Positions 1 through 9,222 of a stretch of 32,000 nt of DNA are shown here, in pieces (the stretch's first letter is position 1; each line of letters begins with the position of its first letter). Source of the stretch: Nanobdellota archaeon (lineage in GTDB: Archaea > Nanobdellota > Nanobdellia > Nanobdellales > Nanobdellaceae); the NCBI GenBank assembly GCA_042850255.1, contig AP031373.1, forward strand, positions 1-32,000. Reading direction: 5' to 3'. Made by a program: the position numbers and the translations under genes. A model generated the notes under the pieces. That model made no database searches. It was not told where the DNA came from and worked only from the letters and a program-made list of their open reading frames with translations.

Positions 1-206
1 TGAATATATAAAGATTATCATATAAGAAAATAAGAAAGTCAAAATAAGAAGCTTATTTTTAACATATTTGAAAAGGTAAATTATCATAATATATAATAAT
101 AATAATTTTTTAGTATTAGATATATTTTTATTGTCCTTTCTGGATACTATTTTCAAATATTTATCAAACTTTTCTATTATTTTATTATTAAATTCTAATA
201 AGAACC

Positions 207-280
207 CGGGCCCGGGGGGATTTGAACCCCCGACCTTCGGGTTAAAAGCCCGACGCTCTACCATACTGAGCTACGGGCCC
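207..280 (-). tRNA. tRNA-Lys (anticodon UUU), contiguous, no intron, no encoded CCA
   Basis: The reverse complement reads GGGCCCGTAGCTCAGTATGGTAGAGCGTCGGGCTTTTAACCCGAAGGTCGGGGGTTCAAATCCCCCCGGGCCCG. It has a 7-bp acceptor stem GGGCCCG/CGGGCCC, an anticodon stem TCGGG/CCCGA with loop CTTTTAA, and a T-arm GGGGG-TTCAAAT-CCCCC. It is a GC-rich island in AT-rich DNA. Confidence 0.93.
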
Positions 281-318
281 TTAATATTTTCATTAAATAA
301 AATATTAAAATATAAATC

Positions 319-1113
319 TTATGGCCACATCCATCTTCTATATAAACCTTGTTGTATTATATTCTCCTCTGCCTTGGCATATGTTTCTGGAGTTCCTATA
401 TCATACCAAAATCCATCTTCATATGTATAAGTTAATATTTTCTCTTTCTTTTCTTTAATCATCCATTCAAATAATTTACCTATAGAATCTTTACTATTTG
501 GAGATTTTATATATTCATTAATTAAATTTATTTTTTCCTTTGGTATAAAATATATTCCAGTAGATATTATTGTACTTCTTGGATTTTCAGGTTTTTCTTC
601 AAATTCTTTTATATAATTATCTTCCAAATTTAATACTCCAAATTTTTTAGCTTCAGATATATCTTTTACATCATAAGATGCTATAACAATCTTTCTTTCT
701 CTTTTTCCCAACGAAACTATTTTTAATAAACTAAAATTATATAAATTATCGCCTAATACAACTAAAATATCGGAATTTACATTATATTCTCTTATTACAT
801 AATCTAATCCTCCTATTGCTCCCAATTTGTTTTCCTCAGATGTAGAAGGTTCAACAGATAAATGTATTTTACTAATATAATTATCTGGATAAAATGATCT
901 TAATGTAGATAACCAATATCTAAAATCATTTTCAAACCTTTTATTTATAGAAACTATTATAGAAGATATTTCCAATTCAAATACTTTCTCTAAATTATAA
1001 TTTATTACTGGAACTCCTCCTACTGGAAATAATGGCTTTGGTATATAATCAGATAAAGGTCTGAACCTTCTAGCAAAACCACCTGCAAGTATTATTGCTA
1101 TTAATTCATCCAT
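319..1113 (-). CDS. NDP-sugar pyrophosphorylase (sugar-1-phosphate nucleotidyltransferase, NTP_transferase family)
   Basis: The N-terminus AIILAGGFARRFRPLSDYIPKPLFPVGG matches the G-x-G-x-R-L/F...PK nucleotidyltransferase signature. The ORF is 264 aa with an ATG start. Confidence 0.8.
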   Translation of the reverse strand: MDELIAIILAGGFARRFRPLSDYIPKPLFPVGGVPVINYNLEKVFELEISSIIVSINKRFENDFRYWLSTLRSFYPDNYISKIHLSVEPSTSEENKLGAIGGLDYVIREYNVNSDILVVLGDNLYNFSLLKIVSLGKRERKIVIASYDVKDISEAKKFGVLNLEDNYIKEFEEKPENPRSTIISTGIYFIPKEKINLINEYIKSPNSKDSIGKLFEWMIKEKKEKILTYTYEDGFWYDIGTPETYAKAEENIIQQGLYRRWMWP

Positions 1114-1143
1114 AATCTTTATTTTTGTGTATACTTTATAAAA

Positions 1144-1833
1144 TTATATATAAAGGTAAACATCCTCTATAGAATTATTAAAAAATAAAACATATTGCAA
1201 AGAAGTTACTGATGAAGGTTGTAGATTTAATAACTTTGGTTCTGATATAATTTTATTACCATTATACATTTTTAATATTGATATATAATTAGTTATAAAT
1301 AATATATTTTCATTAGTTGTTATATTTATTGTAGAATTTCCATATAGATAAGAATTACAATATACCAAACTTCTATAATATATATCATATACAGATACAT
1401 TATAATAATTATTACAATTTATTGAAGAATCTGATGATGAAACTGATAAAGAATAATTATTATCAAATACAAAAAATGATAAATAAGTTGTTAAATTAAC
1501 ATTAGAATTTTGAATAATATTTATTTGATTATTATAAATATTATAGTACACTTCTACACAATTATTACATATATATGGATTATTGGATACGAATATGACT
1601 GAAGGATAATAATATGCAGAAAATGATATTCCTATATAATTATAAACTTCTACAGGATTTAAATATTTAGAATAATAATAAGAAGCCAAATATAATTTTT
1701 GATATGATATAAATTGGCTCATACCATTGGAATATGTTACAAGACCTTCTACTAAAGTATGATAGATATAGATAAATATATATATAAAAACTGCCAATGT
1801 TATTAATACTTCTATCCAGCTCTGACTCTTCAT
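1144..1833 (-). CDS. Putative type IV pilin-like / class III signal peptide protein (Asn/Tyr/Ser-rich extracellular domain)
   Basis: The N-terminus is MKSQS-WIEVLITLAVFIYIFIYIY: a short charged leader followed by a hydrophobic helix. The K-S-Q motif parallels the K-G-Q and R-A-Q motifs of the archaellin genes in this window. Its start overlaps the stop of the upstream FlaJ/TadC-like gene (ATGA at 1830-1833). I recognise no homology in the rest of the protein. Confidence 0.45.
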   Translation of the reverse strand: MKSQSWIEVLITLAVFIYIFIYIYHTLVEGLVTYSNGMSQFISYQKLYLASYYYSKYLNPVEVYNYIGISFSAYYYPSVIFVSNNPYICNNCVEVYYNIYNNQINIIQNSNVNLTTYLSFFVFDNNYSLSVSSSDSSINCNNYYNVSVYDIYYRSLVYCNSYLYGNSTINITTNENILFITNYISILKMYNGNKIISEPKLLNLQPSSVTSLQYVLFFNNSIEDVYLYI

Positions 1834-3095
1834 ATTGATACATTTAACTCTTCTTGCTTAACATATTCTTTTCCATCATATTTTAACATAGCAGTTACTA
1901 TATATTGTCCTGTAGTATTGAATGTTATTGAAGTAGAATAATATCCATTTTGTATTATCTGATATATTTGATTATGATATCCATTACCTAAAATTGTTAT
2001 AGTTAATGGTGCATTGCTTATTGGTTGTGCATCTGCAGATGCATATACTTGGATATTTACTGGAGTATATATGTAAGCATTTTGAGGATATATATTTAAG
2101 GTAAAACTAACAGTAACAGGTAAAATAAATATTATGATAGTAAGTAATCCAATAAAAGAATTTACAGCAACATGTTTTACTGAAGAAATTATTTTTCCAG
2201 ATTCTGATATACCCATTATTATTGCAGTAGAAATCCCTATTAATATTATAGAGAGCGCAGTAACAAATTTTAACCAACCATAATCTATAGAATATGAGAA
2301 AAAGTTGAATGAGGACTTTATAGTAGAAGCCATTAGTTGGCTAGTTATCAAAGGTTGTAAAGTAGATAAGATAGATATTGATAATCCTATAAATACTATA
2401 TATATAACATATAAGACCATTATTTGTTCAGATACGTAAGATCTTTTCAACTGTTCTAATTCTCTCATACCTTCTAAATCATCATATAATCTTTTCAATA
2501 CTCTTGATATATCTCCTCCACCCATGTATGTTTCTAATATGACATAATTTATCATCTTTATTTCTGAAATATCTTCAAAATATTTATTAAACAATGAAAA
2601 AGCTTTTTCGAATGGTATTCCCCACTTTATCCAATTATATAATTTCCTAATAAATATATTTAAATATCCTAAATTTATTGATGAAACATAATTTAGAGCA
2701 TCTAACAATGTCATACCAGAGCTTAAACTTTCTGATAAATAAGATAAAAAGTATGGATAATTATTTAATATGCTCTCTTCTATTTTTCCTTCCATATACT
2801 TATAAAAAATATATGGTAGCCCTCCAATAATGTATAAAACAATAATTAAAACAGATAAAGTTAAATAATTCATATATAATTTAAATATTAGACCAAAAAA
2901 TCCAATTATTGCAGATAATAATATAGAAATATATAAAACTAATCTATCTTCTTTTATATAACTTCCAAAAAAATATACTTCTTTATAATGATTAGGATCT
3001 GAAACATTTGATAATGGTCCTATAAATTTTTCTACGAAGGAAATATTATTCTTTTTACTTACTTTATTTACCTGTACTTGTATGTTATTCAACAT
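1830..3095 (-). CDS. FlaJ/TadC-like polytopic membrane protein with a single T2SSF domain (resembles the C-terminal half of FlaJ) and an extra C-terminal beta-rich extracytoplasmic extension
   Basis: Two N-terminal TM helices are followed by NNYPYFLSYLSESLSSGMTLLDALNYVSS...GIPFEKAF...YMGGGDISRVLKRL. This is the typical LPxFL..L...aG.sl..AL / GGd pattern of T2SSF (GspF/PilC/FlaJ) cytoplasmic domains. More TM helices follow. The last ~90 aa (NIYPQNAYIYTPVNIQVYASADAQ...) are beta-rich. Confidence 0.65.
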   Translation of the reverse strand: MLNNIQVQVNKVSKKNNISFVEKFIGPLSNVSDPNHYKEVYFFGSYIKEDRLVLYISILLSAIIGFFGLIFKLYMNYLTLSVLIIVLYIIGGLPYIFYKYMEGKIEESILNNYPYFLSYLSESLSSGMTLLDALNYVSSINLGYLNIFIRKLYNWIKWGIPFEKAFSLFNKYFEDISEIKMINYVILETYMGGGDISRVLKRLYDDLEGMRELEQLKRSYVSEQIMVLYVIYIVFIGLSISILSTLQPLITSQLMASTIKSSFNFFSYSIDYGWLKFVTALSIILIGISTAIIMGISESGKIISSVKHVAVNSFIGLLTIIIFILPVTVSFTLNIYPQNAYIYTPVNIQVYASADAQPISNAPLTITILGNGYHNQIYQIIQNGYYSTSITFNTTGQYIVTAMLKYDGKEYVKQEELNVSI

Positions 3096-3130
3096 TATAC
3101 TTTTATTTTACTACCTCAATATTTAAATAT
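3096..3130. promoter_or_regulatory. Back-to-back divergent promoter region for the two FlaJ/TadC-like halves
   Basis: A 35-bp gap separates the divergent ATGs. TTTAAATA (3121-3128; the same on the opposite strand) lies about 25-32 nt upstream of the minus-strand ATG. CTTTTATTTTA (about 3100-3110) lies about 21-31 nt upstream of the plus-strand ATG. This fits leaderless archaeal promoters, but AT-richness makes TATA calls weak. Confidence 0.3.
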
Positions 3131-3979
3131 ATGGCGGGATTTATCGATAGCTTTTTTGAAGGGATAGAAAAAGATATTCTAACTGCAAGAATTAATAAAA
3201 GTATTACTGATTATATAGAGAATGCTAAGAAATATTCTATAATTATAGCTGCATTTTTATCAATATTTATATTTATTATACTTCTTATAGTATCTATAAA
3301 AATATTACATAACTTAATTATAATCTTTCCAATAATTTTTTCTATATTATTTGGAATAGTTGGATTTTTTATTGGATTATATTTCTTTAAAATTTATCCA
3401 AAATTTATTATTGGAGATAGACAAAGAAAAATAGATAATTCTTTATATTATGCAACATTATTTATGGCCTCTTTAGCATCATCCGGAGTAAATCCAAAGG
3501 CTATGTTTGAACTATTAGCAAAATATGATGAGTTCTCAGAAATAAAGAAGGAAGCTCAGGATATAATATACTTTATAGATACTTTAGGATTATCTTTACC
3601 TCTGGCATTAAAAAGAAAAGCTGAATATTCTCCTTCTAAGGAATGGGCGTCTATACTAGAAGGTATAAGATCAATTATAATGGAAGGAGGGGATTTAGAG
3701 ACATATTTATATGAACAAGCTAGAAAATTAGCAGATGAATATAAAAGAAAGATAATAGAATATTCTAATAATTTACAAATATTTTTAGAAATATATATAA
3801 CATTAATTGTAGTAGGTGTAATATTCCTTATTATTTTAACAACATTAATGGGATCTATTGCTGGAACAAGCGAACAATATATACAAAGTTTACAGTTATT
3901 GAGTATATTAATAATATTGCCATTAGGTACTGCTTTATTTGTAATATTATTAAAAGCTATAAATCCTTTCCAAACGTAA
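3131..3979 (+). CDS. flaJ: FlaJ/TadC-like membrane protein with a single T2SSF domain (resembles the N-terminal half of archaellum/pilus platform protein FlaJ)
   Basis: The ORF is 282 aa. It contains RKIDNSLYYATLFMASLASSGVNPKAMFELLAKYDEFSEIKKEAQDI...LSLPLALKRKAEYSPSKEWASILEGIRSIIMEGGDLETYL. The id..LP.a..ym..la.aG..p and PS...GGDL..yL motifs are characteristic of FlaJ/TadC, with flanking TM helices. Confidence 0.75.
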   Translation: MAGFIDSFFEGIEKDILTARINKSITDYIENAKKYSIIIAAFLSIFIFIILLIVSIKILHNLIIIFPIIFSILFGIVGFFIGLYFFKIYPKFIIGDRQRKIDNSLYYATLFMASLASSGVNPKAMFELLAKYDEFSEIKKEAQDIIYFIDTLGLSLPLALKRKAEYSPSKEWASILEGIRSIIMEGGDLETYLYEQARKLADEYKRKIIEYSNNLQIFLEIYITLIVVGVIFLIILTTLMGSIAGTSEQYIQSLQLLSILIILPLGTALFVILLKAINPFQT

Positions 3980-3982
3980 TTA

Positions 3983-4642
3983 CTAACTTTTTGTAGAATA
4001 TAAATATAGTATATTGCTTACTACTTGTTGAGTATTATATACCTTTATTTCTCCATTTTCTAATGCATTTTTAAATATTTTTATTATATTAATACTTTTG
4101 TTTTCTTCCAGATCATTTTTTATTTCATAATATACTGGATAACTTATATATATTTCTAAAGTAGAATTAATATCTGGTAAATAACTATATGGTACATTTA
4201 CTAATCCTGATGGTGCTAGGGTATATGATGCACAAGAATTTTCTATGCATAAAATAAAATAATATTGGGGATATATTTTACTAAACTGATTATAATACAA
4301 ATTATAATTGGCTTTAGCTAATGAATTATTAGATATATAGTTATCAACAAGATGTATAAAATTTATAGATTCATTGGGATTAGAAAAATTTAGATTATTA
4401 TTTTTTATTATTCCGTTTAAAGAAATTCTTAACAGATCATAACCAGTAATATTTAATTGATAATAATTTATTATTTCTGTTCCATTTGGCAATATCTTTT
4501 CTACATATGGAAAATTGAGTATATATAGAGGGTAAAATAAATATCTATATATTATAGAAGCTATTATAAGAGAAAATACAAATATAATTAAAAAAACAAT
4601 AAGTTTATCTTTAATAGATGACTTCTTCAATGTTTCTTTCAT
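3983..4642 (-). CDS. Hypothetical membrane-anchored extracytoplasmic protein
   Basis: The ORF is 219 aa. It has an N-terminal signal-anchor (KLIVFLIIFVFSLIIASIIY) followed by an Asn/Tyr-rich domain with several N-x-S/T sequons. I recognise no family. Its start overlaps the 3' end of ndk by 32 nt. Confidence 0.4.
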   Translation of the reverse strand: MKETLKKSSIKDKLIVFLIIFVFSLIIASIIYRYLFYPLYILNFPYVEKILPNGTEIINYYQLNITGYDLLRISLNGIIKNNNLNFSNPNESINFIHLVDNYISNNSLAKANYNLYYNQFSKIYPQYYFILCIENSCASYTLAPSGLVNVPYSYLPDINSTLEIYISYPVYYEIKNDLEENKSINIIKIFKNALENGEIKVYNTQQVVSNILYLYSTKS

Positions 4643-5204
4643 AATTATATATTTCCTCTAATTTAAACAATATAAATATCTCTCTCATAGCATCTTTTTC
4701 AGTTTCAGAAGCATGTACAACATTCCTTAATACAATTTTATTCCAATTGGCATAAGCAATAGATACATGAGCATAATCACCTCTAATTGTACCTGGAGGA
4801 GCTTTTAAAGGTTCCGTTGGACCTACTATTTTTCTTACAACTTCTACTGCATTTACACCTTCCAATACTATTGCAACTACCGGACTAGAAGTTATAAAAT
4901 CTATTAGCCATTGTCTTATTGTTTTTCCTATCTCTTTTGGATCTTCAGTTCCAAATTCTTTTACAGGATCCAATCCCATCTCCTTATATCTAGTTAAAGT
5001 CTTATTTCCAACACTTTCTAACCATTTATCATCTGCATAGTAAAATTCTTCTGCTTGTTTTTTAGATAATTTCATCATTTTTAATCCTACAATTTTTAAA
5101 CCTGCTCTTTCAAATCTACTTATTATTTCTCCAATAATTCCTCTTTTTACACTATCTGGTTTTATTACAACCAAAGTCTTTTGTATTAAATGCTTTCCAT
5201 TCAT
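4611..5204 (-). CDS. ndk: Nucleoside diphosphate kinase (with internal insertions)
   Basis: [45 protein letters not shown] and NVVHASET match NDK motifs, including the catalytic His. About 35 extra residues ([43 protein letters not shown]) sit where the canonical enzyme is contiguous. Confidence 0.88.
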   Translation of the reverse strand: MNGKHLIQKTLVVIKPDSVKRGIIGEIISRFERAGLKIVGLKMMKLSKKQAEEFYYADDKWLESVGNKTLTRYKEMGLDPVKEFGTEDPKEIGKTIRQWLIDFITSSPVVAIVLEGVNAVEVVRKIVGPTEPLKAPPGTIRGDYAHVSIAYANWNKIVLRNVVHASETEKDAMREIFILFKLEEIYNYERNIEEVIY

Positions 5205-5380
5205 TTTTTATTATAATGTATTGTCCACTTTAATTCCCTATTATCTCTCCCCATTTCCCAATTTTTATAACATTTTCTACTACAGAAATATAAGATTCTT
5301 CCATCATTCAATGAATATATTAATCCTGTACCAGGTTCTATTTCATTTCCACAATATGTACATTTATTCTTTACTACCAT
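5201..5380 (-). CDS. rpl24e: 50S ribosomal protein L24e (59 aa; absent from the supplied ORF track)
   Basis: My hand translation of the minus strand gives [59 protein letters not shown]. It carries the C-x2-C...FCS-x-KC zinc-ribbon and the ...WT signature of L24e. Its TGA overlaps the ndk ATG (ATGA). It sits in the conserved archaeal rps28e-rpl24e-ndk order. Confidence 0.88.
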   Translation of the reverse strand: MVVKNKCTYCGNEIEPGTGLIYSLNDGRILYFCSRKCYKNWEMGRDNRELKWTIHYNKK

Positions 5381-5381
5381 T

Positions 5382-5675
5382 TTAATCTTTCTTTTCTATT
5401 GGCATAGCAGATATTTCCGTTTCCCTTAGCAATATTAAATCTCCCTTTCTGACAGGTCCTATAACATTTCTCCTTAATATTTTTCCTGCATCTGGTCCAT
5501 CTATTACTCTAACAATTACATGAGTAGCTTCTCCCCTCATACCTGTTCTTCCAACAACATCAATTACCTCTGCCCTAAAAGCCTTACTCCAAGTTACTAT
5601 ATTTTCTTTTATAACATTATCTTCAGCATGTTTAATTCCTTCTTCAGATGTCTTAGCTACAACTTTCCTTGGCAT
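5382..5675 (-). CDS. rps28e: 30S ribosomal protein S28e (with an N-terminal extension of about 30 aa)
   Basis: [53 protein letters not shown] matches the S28e core (GRTG..GE...V.V......R.l.RNV.GPVR.GD...L.E.E). The stop lies 1 nt from the rpl24e start. Confidence 0.9.
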   Translation of the reverse strand: MPRKVVAKTSEEGIKHAEDNVIKENIVTWSKAFRAEVIDVVGRTGMRGEATHVIVRVIDGPDAGKILRRNVIGPVRKGDLILLRETEISAMPIEKKD

Positions 5676-5727
5676 TTATGTAAATGTTATAAAATATTTT
5701 TTAAACTTTTTATTTAATTATTTACAA

Positions 5728-8700
5728 ATGAACTTGTTCGGTAAAGATAAGAAATATTTAATAGAGATACTAATAATATTGTTTATATTTTTATTTACAT
5801 TTAGTACCAAAGGTTTGTTAATGAATGCCTTAGGTAACTATGATTTAGTAGGACCAGATGCTTATCTATTTTTTACATACTTCGAATCATTGGTATATAA
5901 TCATATAGTACCATATGTAACATATCATCTAGATTATCCATTACCATTTATATTTGATAACAAAGATTTGGTGTCATACTTTGCTTATCTATCATATTTA
6001 ATAATTACTTTTATGATAGATCATTTCTCATCAGGTTTCTTTGGATTCTTATCCCTTTTAGGAATACATCCAGCAGCTACTATAATTACTTGGCTATCTG
6101 CAGATTTTACAAACGCATTAACACCAGCAATAGCAGGAATAGTATTTTATTTCTTGGCAAAAGATATATTTAAAGATAAATATTTAGCATTATTTTCTGC
6201 AATAATATTTGCCATAAATCCTTTCTTGACATCTAGATTGGTATTATTTGATACAGAACTTGGGGCAGTCATATTTGTAGTACTATCTTTCTACTTAATA
6301 ATAAAATATATAGATGCAAAGCCAGAAAATAATAATTACAAAAGATTATCATTAATCTTATATTCATTAATTGCATTAATTATCTTCTATAAAACATTTT
6401 TGCTTCCAAATTATGATACATATTTAACAATAGAATTATTTATATTCTTCTTTTTACTTTTATTTTTATATCCAGTATTCAAAGGAACAAGAGAATATTA
6501 TTTAACATTATTAGTATTTACAACCACTTTAGCTAGAAAAGGATGGGGTGGATGGATAATTATACCTATGATATTTGGACTATTTTTATTAATAAGATTC
6601 TTTTATAATAGAGATTACAAAGAAGCATATTTCTACTTACCATATATGGGATTTACTGGAATATTAGAAAATGACTTAAGTTATCATCTATTTTTAGCAG
6701 ATCATAATATATTGTTTGAATTATCTCTAGGTATACTATATTTATATGATTTAATAAAGAATACAAAGATATTTGAAAAACTAAATAGTTTAAGTATAGG
6801 AAAAATAATAAAAGATAATGAATTATCTAAGAAAATATTATTATTTTTAATAATAGTACTAATAGGCTCTCCAATAATTATTGAAAAGGTTATATCTAAT
6901 TTCTTAATAAATCCATTTACTGCTAGTAGGATGGGATCTACAATTGCAGAATTCCAACCCACTCCAGCATCTTATTACTTTAGTTTATTTGGTTCTGTTG
7001 GAGTATTATTTACTTATTTAGGATTGTCTTATTTAATATTCAATAAAGATAAACCAAAAAAGTATCTATTTTCCCAATATATTTTTATATTTCTACTTTC
7101 TGGATCAGAAATAGTATTTGGATCTTCAATAGCTTTAATAATAATATATTTGTTAATATATAGTATAGCAATATTTTCTATTAGTAAAGGAGAAAAGAAA
7201 TACGCAATACAATCTGTCTTTGAAGTATTAACATTATCTGTTGCTATGTACTTTATTGTATTCTCAGATATAGTAATAAATGGTAATTATATTAGTATCG
7301 CAGCATCTTGGATGATATTCTTTATATTAATATTACCATATATAATATTAATTAATAGAAATATGAATGATAAAGAAATCTTTTCTCTTTCTTTAAGTTT
7401 CTTAACTATAATAGTAGGAAAATATATATTTGAATTAGTATATTATGCAGGATTTGCATTACCTTTATTATATAGTTATGGAATACAAACATTAGAAATA
7501 TTTAAAGATTATTATGAGAAAATAAAAAATACTGTAAAAGAATATTTAAATTTAATATTGCTAGTAATATCTTCCATATCTTCAATTTCCTTAATATTAT
7601 ACACAACATCTTTATATAAATCTTTTGGTTTATCCACTCCAGGATTAGTATTAATTTTCTTTGCTTTACCATTATTCTTCCTAATTTATTATATAATAAA
7701 CGAATATATATTAGAAAAAGAGACTAATAATTTAAATATATTAAAATATGGAATAATATTATTATCTCTATTTGGTGTATTTACAATATATAATACAAAT
7801 ATATATGGAGCTCCAGGATATATATTAAATTACTTTATTCCATTATATACTCAAGGAACTCCAAATTATGAAATACAAGCATTTACATGGATAAATCAAA
7901 ATACTCCTCCAAATGCTATAATAAATTCATGGTGGGATTATGGATATTATATATATTCTATAGGAAATAGAACTGCATGGATAAATGGAGCAAATTCATA
8001 TCCATATTGGAATCATTTAATGGGAAGATACGGATTATCTGCAGATAATATAACAAAAACATTACAATTATTCTACGTACATGCAGATTATAATTATCAA
8101 ACATTTAAAACATTAGAGTTATTTAATGAAAATTCTGTATTTTACGATTATTTATATAAAAATTTAGGATTTACTAAAGAACAAGTTGAAGAAATAGAAA
8201 AATTGAAGGAACAATTAGGATATAATAATTGGATAAAATTATTATATTCATTTAATGGCTCTCCAGAATCAATAGAAGAATTTAATCTATCACAACAAGA
8301 TATACAACTATTAGAAAAATTATATAATATGAATTATCTAAAACCTGCATACTTATATATAGATCCAACAGATGTTGGAAAATCATTTGCTTTCCAATTC
8401 TTAGGATCTAATGAAAGTTTTAATAAAGAATCTTGGGTATCTCAATTTTATTCCGGATCAACACAAAGTCCAGGAATTCAAATTCCTACAGTATATTATA
8501 ATGGATATTATATATTTGCACAAAATAATACATTATTTTACTTTGGTGAAGAACCATTAGACCAAAATCTAAATATAAATGGTACTGAAATAGAAAGATG
8601 TATATATGTACAAGATTTAGGAATAATAAACCAAAACTCTTGTGGTTTAATTATTGGAGCATCTTTAGTATTTAATCAATCTATTGTAAGCCAAAGCGGA

Positions 8701-9222
8701 ATATATGAAACATTAAATGTAAATAATATAAATCCAAATAATTTAGTCAGAGCATATGTATATATATTAGATCCATTAACAAATCAAGAATATGCATTAA
8801 CATTGAAATATGTAGATTTAGATGGAGAACTAGTAACATTTAATAATGCAACATATGGAGGACTATTATATGTAACGCCAGTAGTATCATTATTACAACA
8901 AAATAATCCAGTAGGAGAATTCTTATATGCATATTTTATTTCACAAAAGGCAACAAAATATGATTGGGTACAGTTATATTTCTTAGATAATAGTTATAAT
9001 GGAACATTCCAATTAGTATATTATACAAATGAACAATATGGATTACCTCCAATAATTTATGAAGATATTGCACCAGCAAAAGTATGGAAAATAAACTTCC
9101 CAGAAAACTTTACAGTACCTGATTATTTATATTGTTTATACTTAGCAACTAATTTACAACAGATAAATGAATGTGCAGAGATATATCACTTTAAACCTTA
9201 TACAAATTACTACAATGTATGA
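5728..9222 (+). CDS. aglB: Dolichyl-phosphooligosaccharide-protein glycosyltransferase AglB (STT3 family oligosaccharyltransferase), unusually large at 1164 aa
   Basis: The catalytic WWDYGYYI (WWDYG) motif is at about aa 735 (nt about 7931-7945). An acidic GPDAYLFF motif lies in the first external loop region. There is a very long polytopic N-terminal region and a soluble C-terminal domain of about 430 aa. Confidence 0.9.
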   Translation: MNLFGKDKKYLIEILIILFIFLFTFSTKGLLMNALGNYDLVGPDAYLFFTYFESLVYNHIVPYVTYHLDYPLPFIFDNKDLVSYFAYLSYLIITFMIDHFSSGFFGFLSLLGIHPAATIITWLSADFTNALTPAIAGIVFYFLAKDIFKDKYLALFSAIIFAINPFLTSRLVLFDTELGAVIFVVLSFYLIIKYIDAKPENNNYKRLSLILYSLIALIIFYKTFLLPNYDTYLTIELFIFFFLLLFLYPVFKGTREYYLTLLVFTTTLARKGWGGWIIIPMIFGLFLLIRFFYNRDYKEAYFYLPYMGFTGILENDLSYHLFLADHNILFELSLGILYLYDLIKNTKIFEKLNSLSIGKIIKDNELSKKILLFLIIVLIGSPIIIEKVISNFLINPFTASRMGSTIAEFQPTPASYYFSLFGSVGVLFTYLGLSYLIFNKDKPKKYLFSQYIFIFLLSGSEIVFGSSIALIIIYLLIYSIAIFSISKGEKKYAIQSVFEVLTLSVAMYFIVFSDIVINGNYISIAASWMIFFILILPYIILINRNMNDKEIFSLSLSFLTIIVGKYIFELVYYAGFALPLLYSYGIQTLEIFKDYYEKIKNTVKEYLNLILLVISSISSISLILYTTSLYKSFGLSTPGLVLIFFALPLFFLIYYIINEYILEKETNNLNILKYGIILLSLFGVFTIYNTNIYGAPGYILNYFIPLYTQGTPNYEIQAFTWINQNTPPNAIINSWWDYGYYIYSIGNRTAWINGANSYPYWNHLMGRYGLSADNITKTLQLFYVHADYNYQTFKTLELFNENSVFYDYLYKNLGFTKEQVEEIEKLKEQLGYNNWIKLLYSFNGSPESIEEFNLSQQDIQLLEKLYNMNYLKPAYLYIDPTDVGKSFAFQFLGSNESFNKESWVSQFYSGSTQSPGIQIPTVYYNGYYIFAQNNTLFYFGEEPLDQNLNINGTEIERCIYVQDLGIINQNSCGLIIGASLVFNQSIVSQSGIYETLNVNNINPNNLVRAYVYILDPLTNQEYALTLKYVDLDGELVTFNNATYGGLLYVTPVVSLLQQNNPVGEFLYAYFISQKATKYDWVQLYFLDNSYNGTFQLVYYTNEQYGLPPIIYEDIAPAKVWKINFPENFTVPDYLYCLYLATNLQQINECAEIYHFKPYTNYYNV

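Noticed and set aside
1-206. About 200 bp of non-coding sequence at the left edge, checked for a gene or repeat
   Set aside because: There is no ORF, no GC-rich RNA-like island and no repeat beyond simple (TAA)n-like runs. It may contain the 3' end or terminator of a gene outside the window. Nothing here is supportable.
131-430. 99-aa plus-strand ORF from the track (TTG start)
   Set aside because: Its middle (NPGPGGFEPPTFGLKARRSTILSYGP) is simply the translation of the antisense strand of tRNA-Lys. Its 3' part is antisense to the nucleotidyltransferase gene. It is not a real gene.
9167-9214. Upstream extension of the GT4 transferase ORF (track start at 9167)
   Set aside because: The first 16 codons lie inside the aglB coding sequence in another frame. 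The ATG at 9215 gives a typical TM-helix N-terminus and an 8-nt overlap, like the other junctions in the operon.
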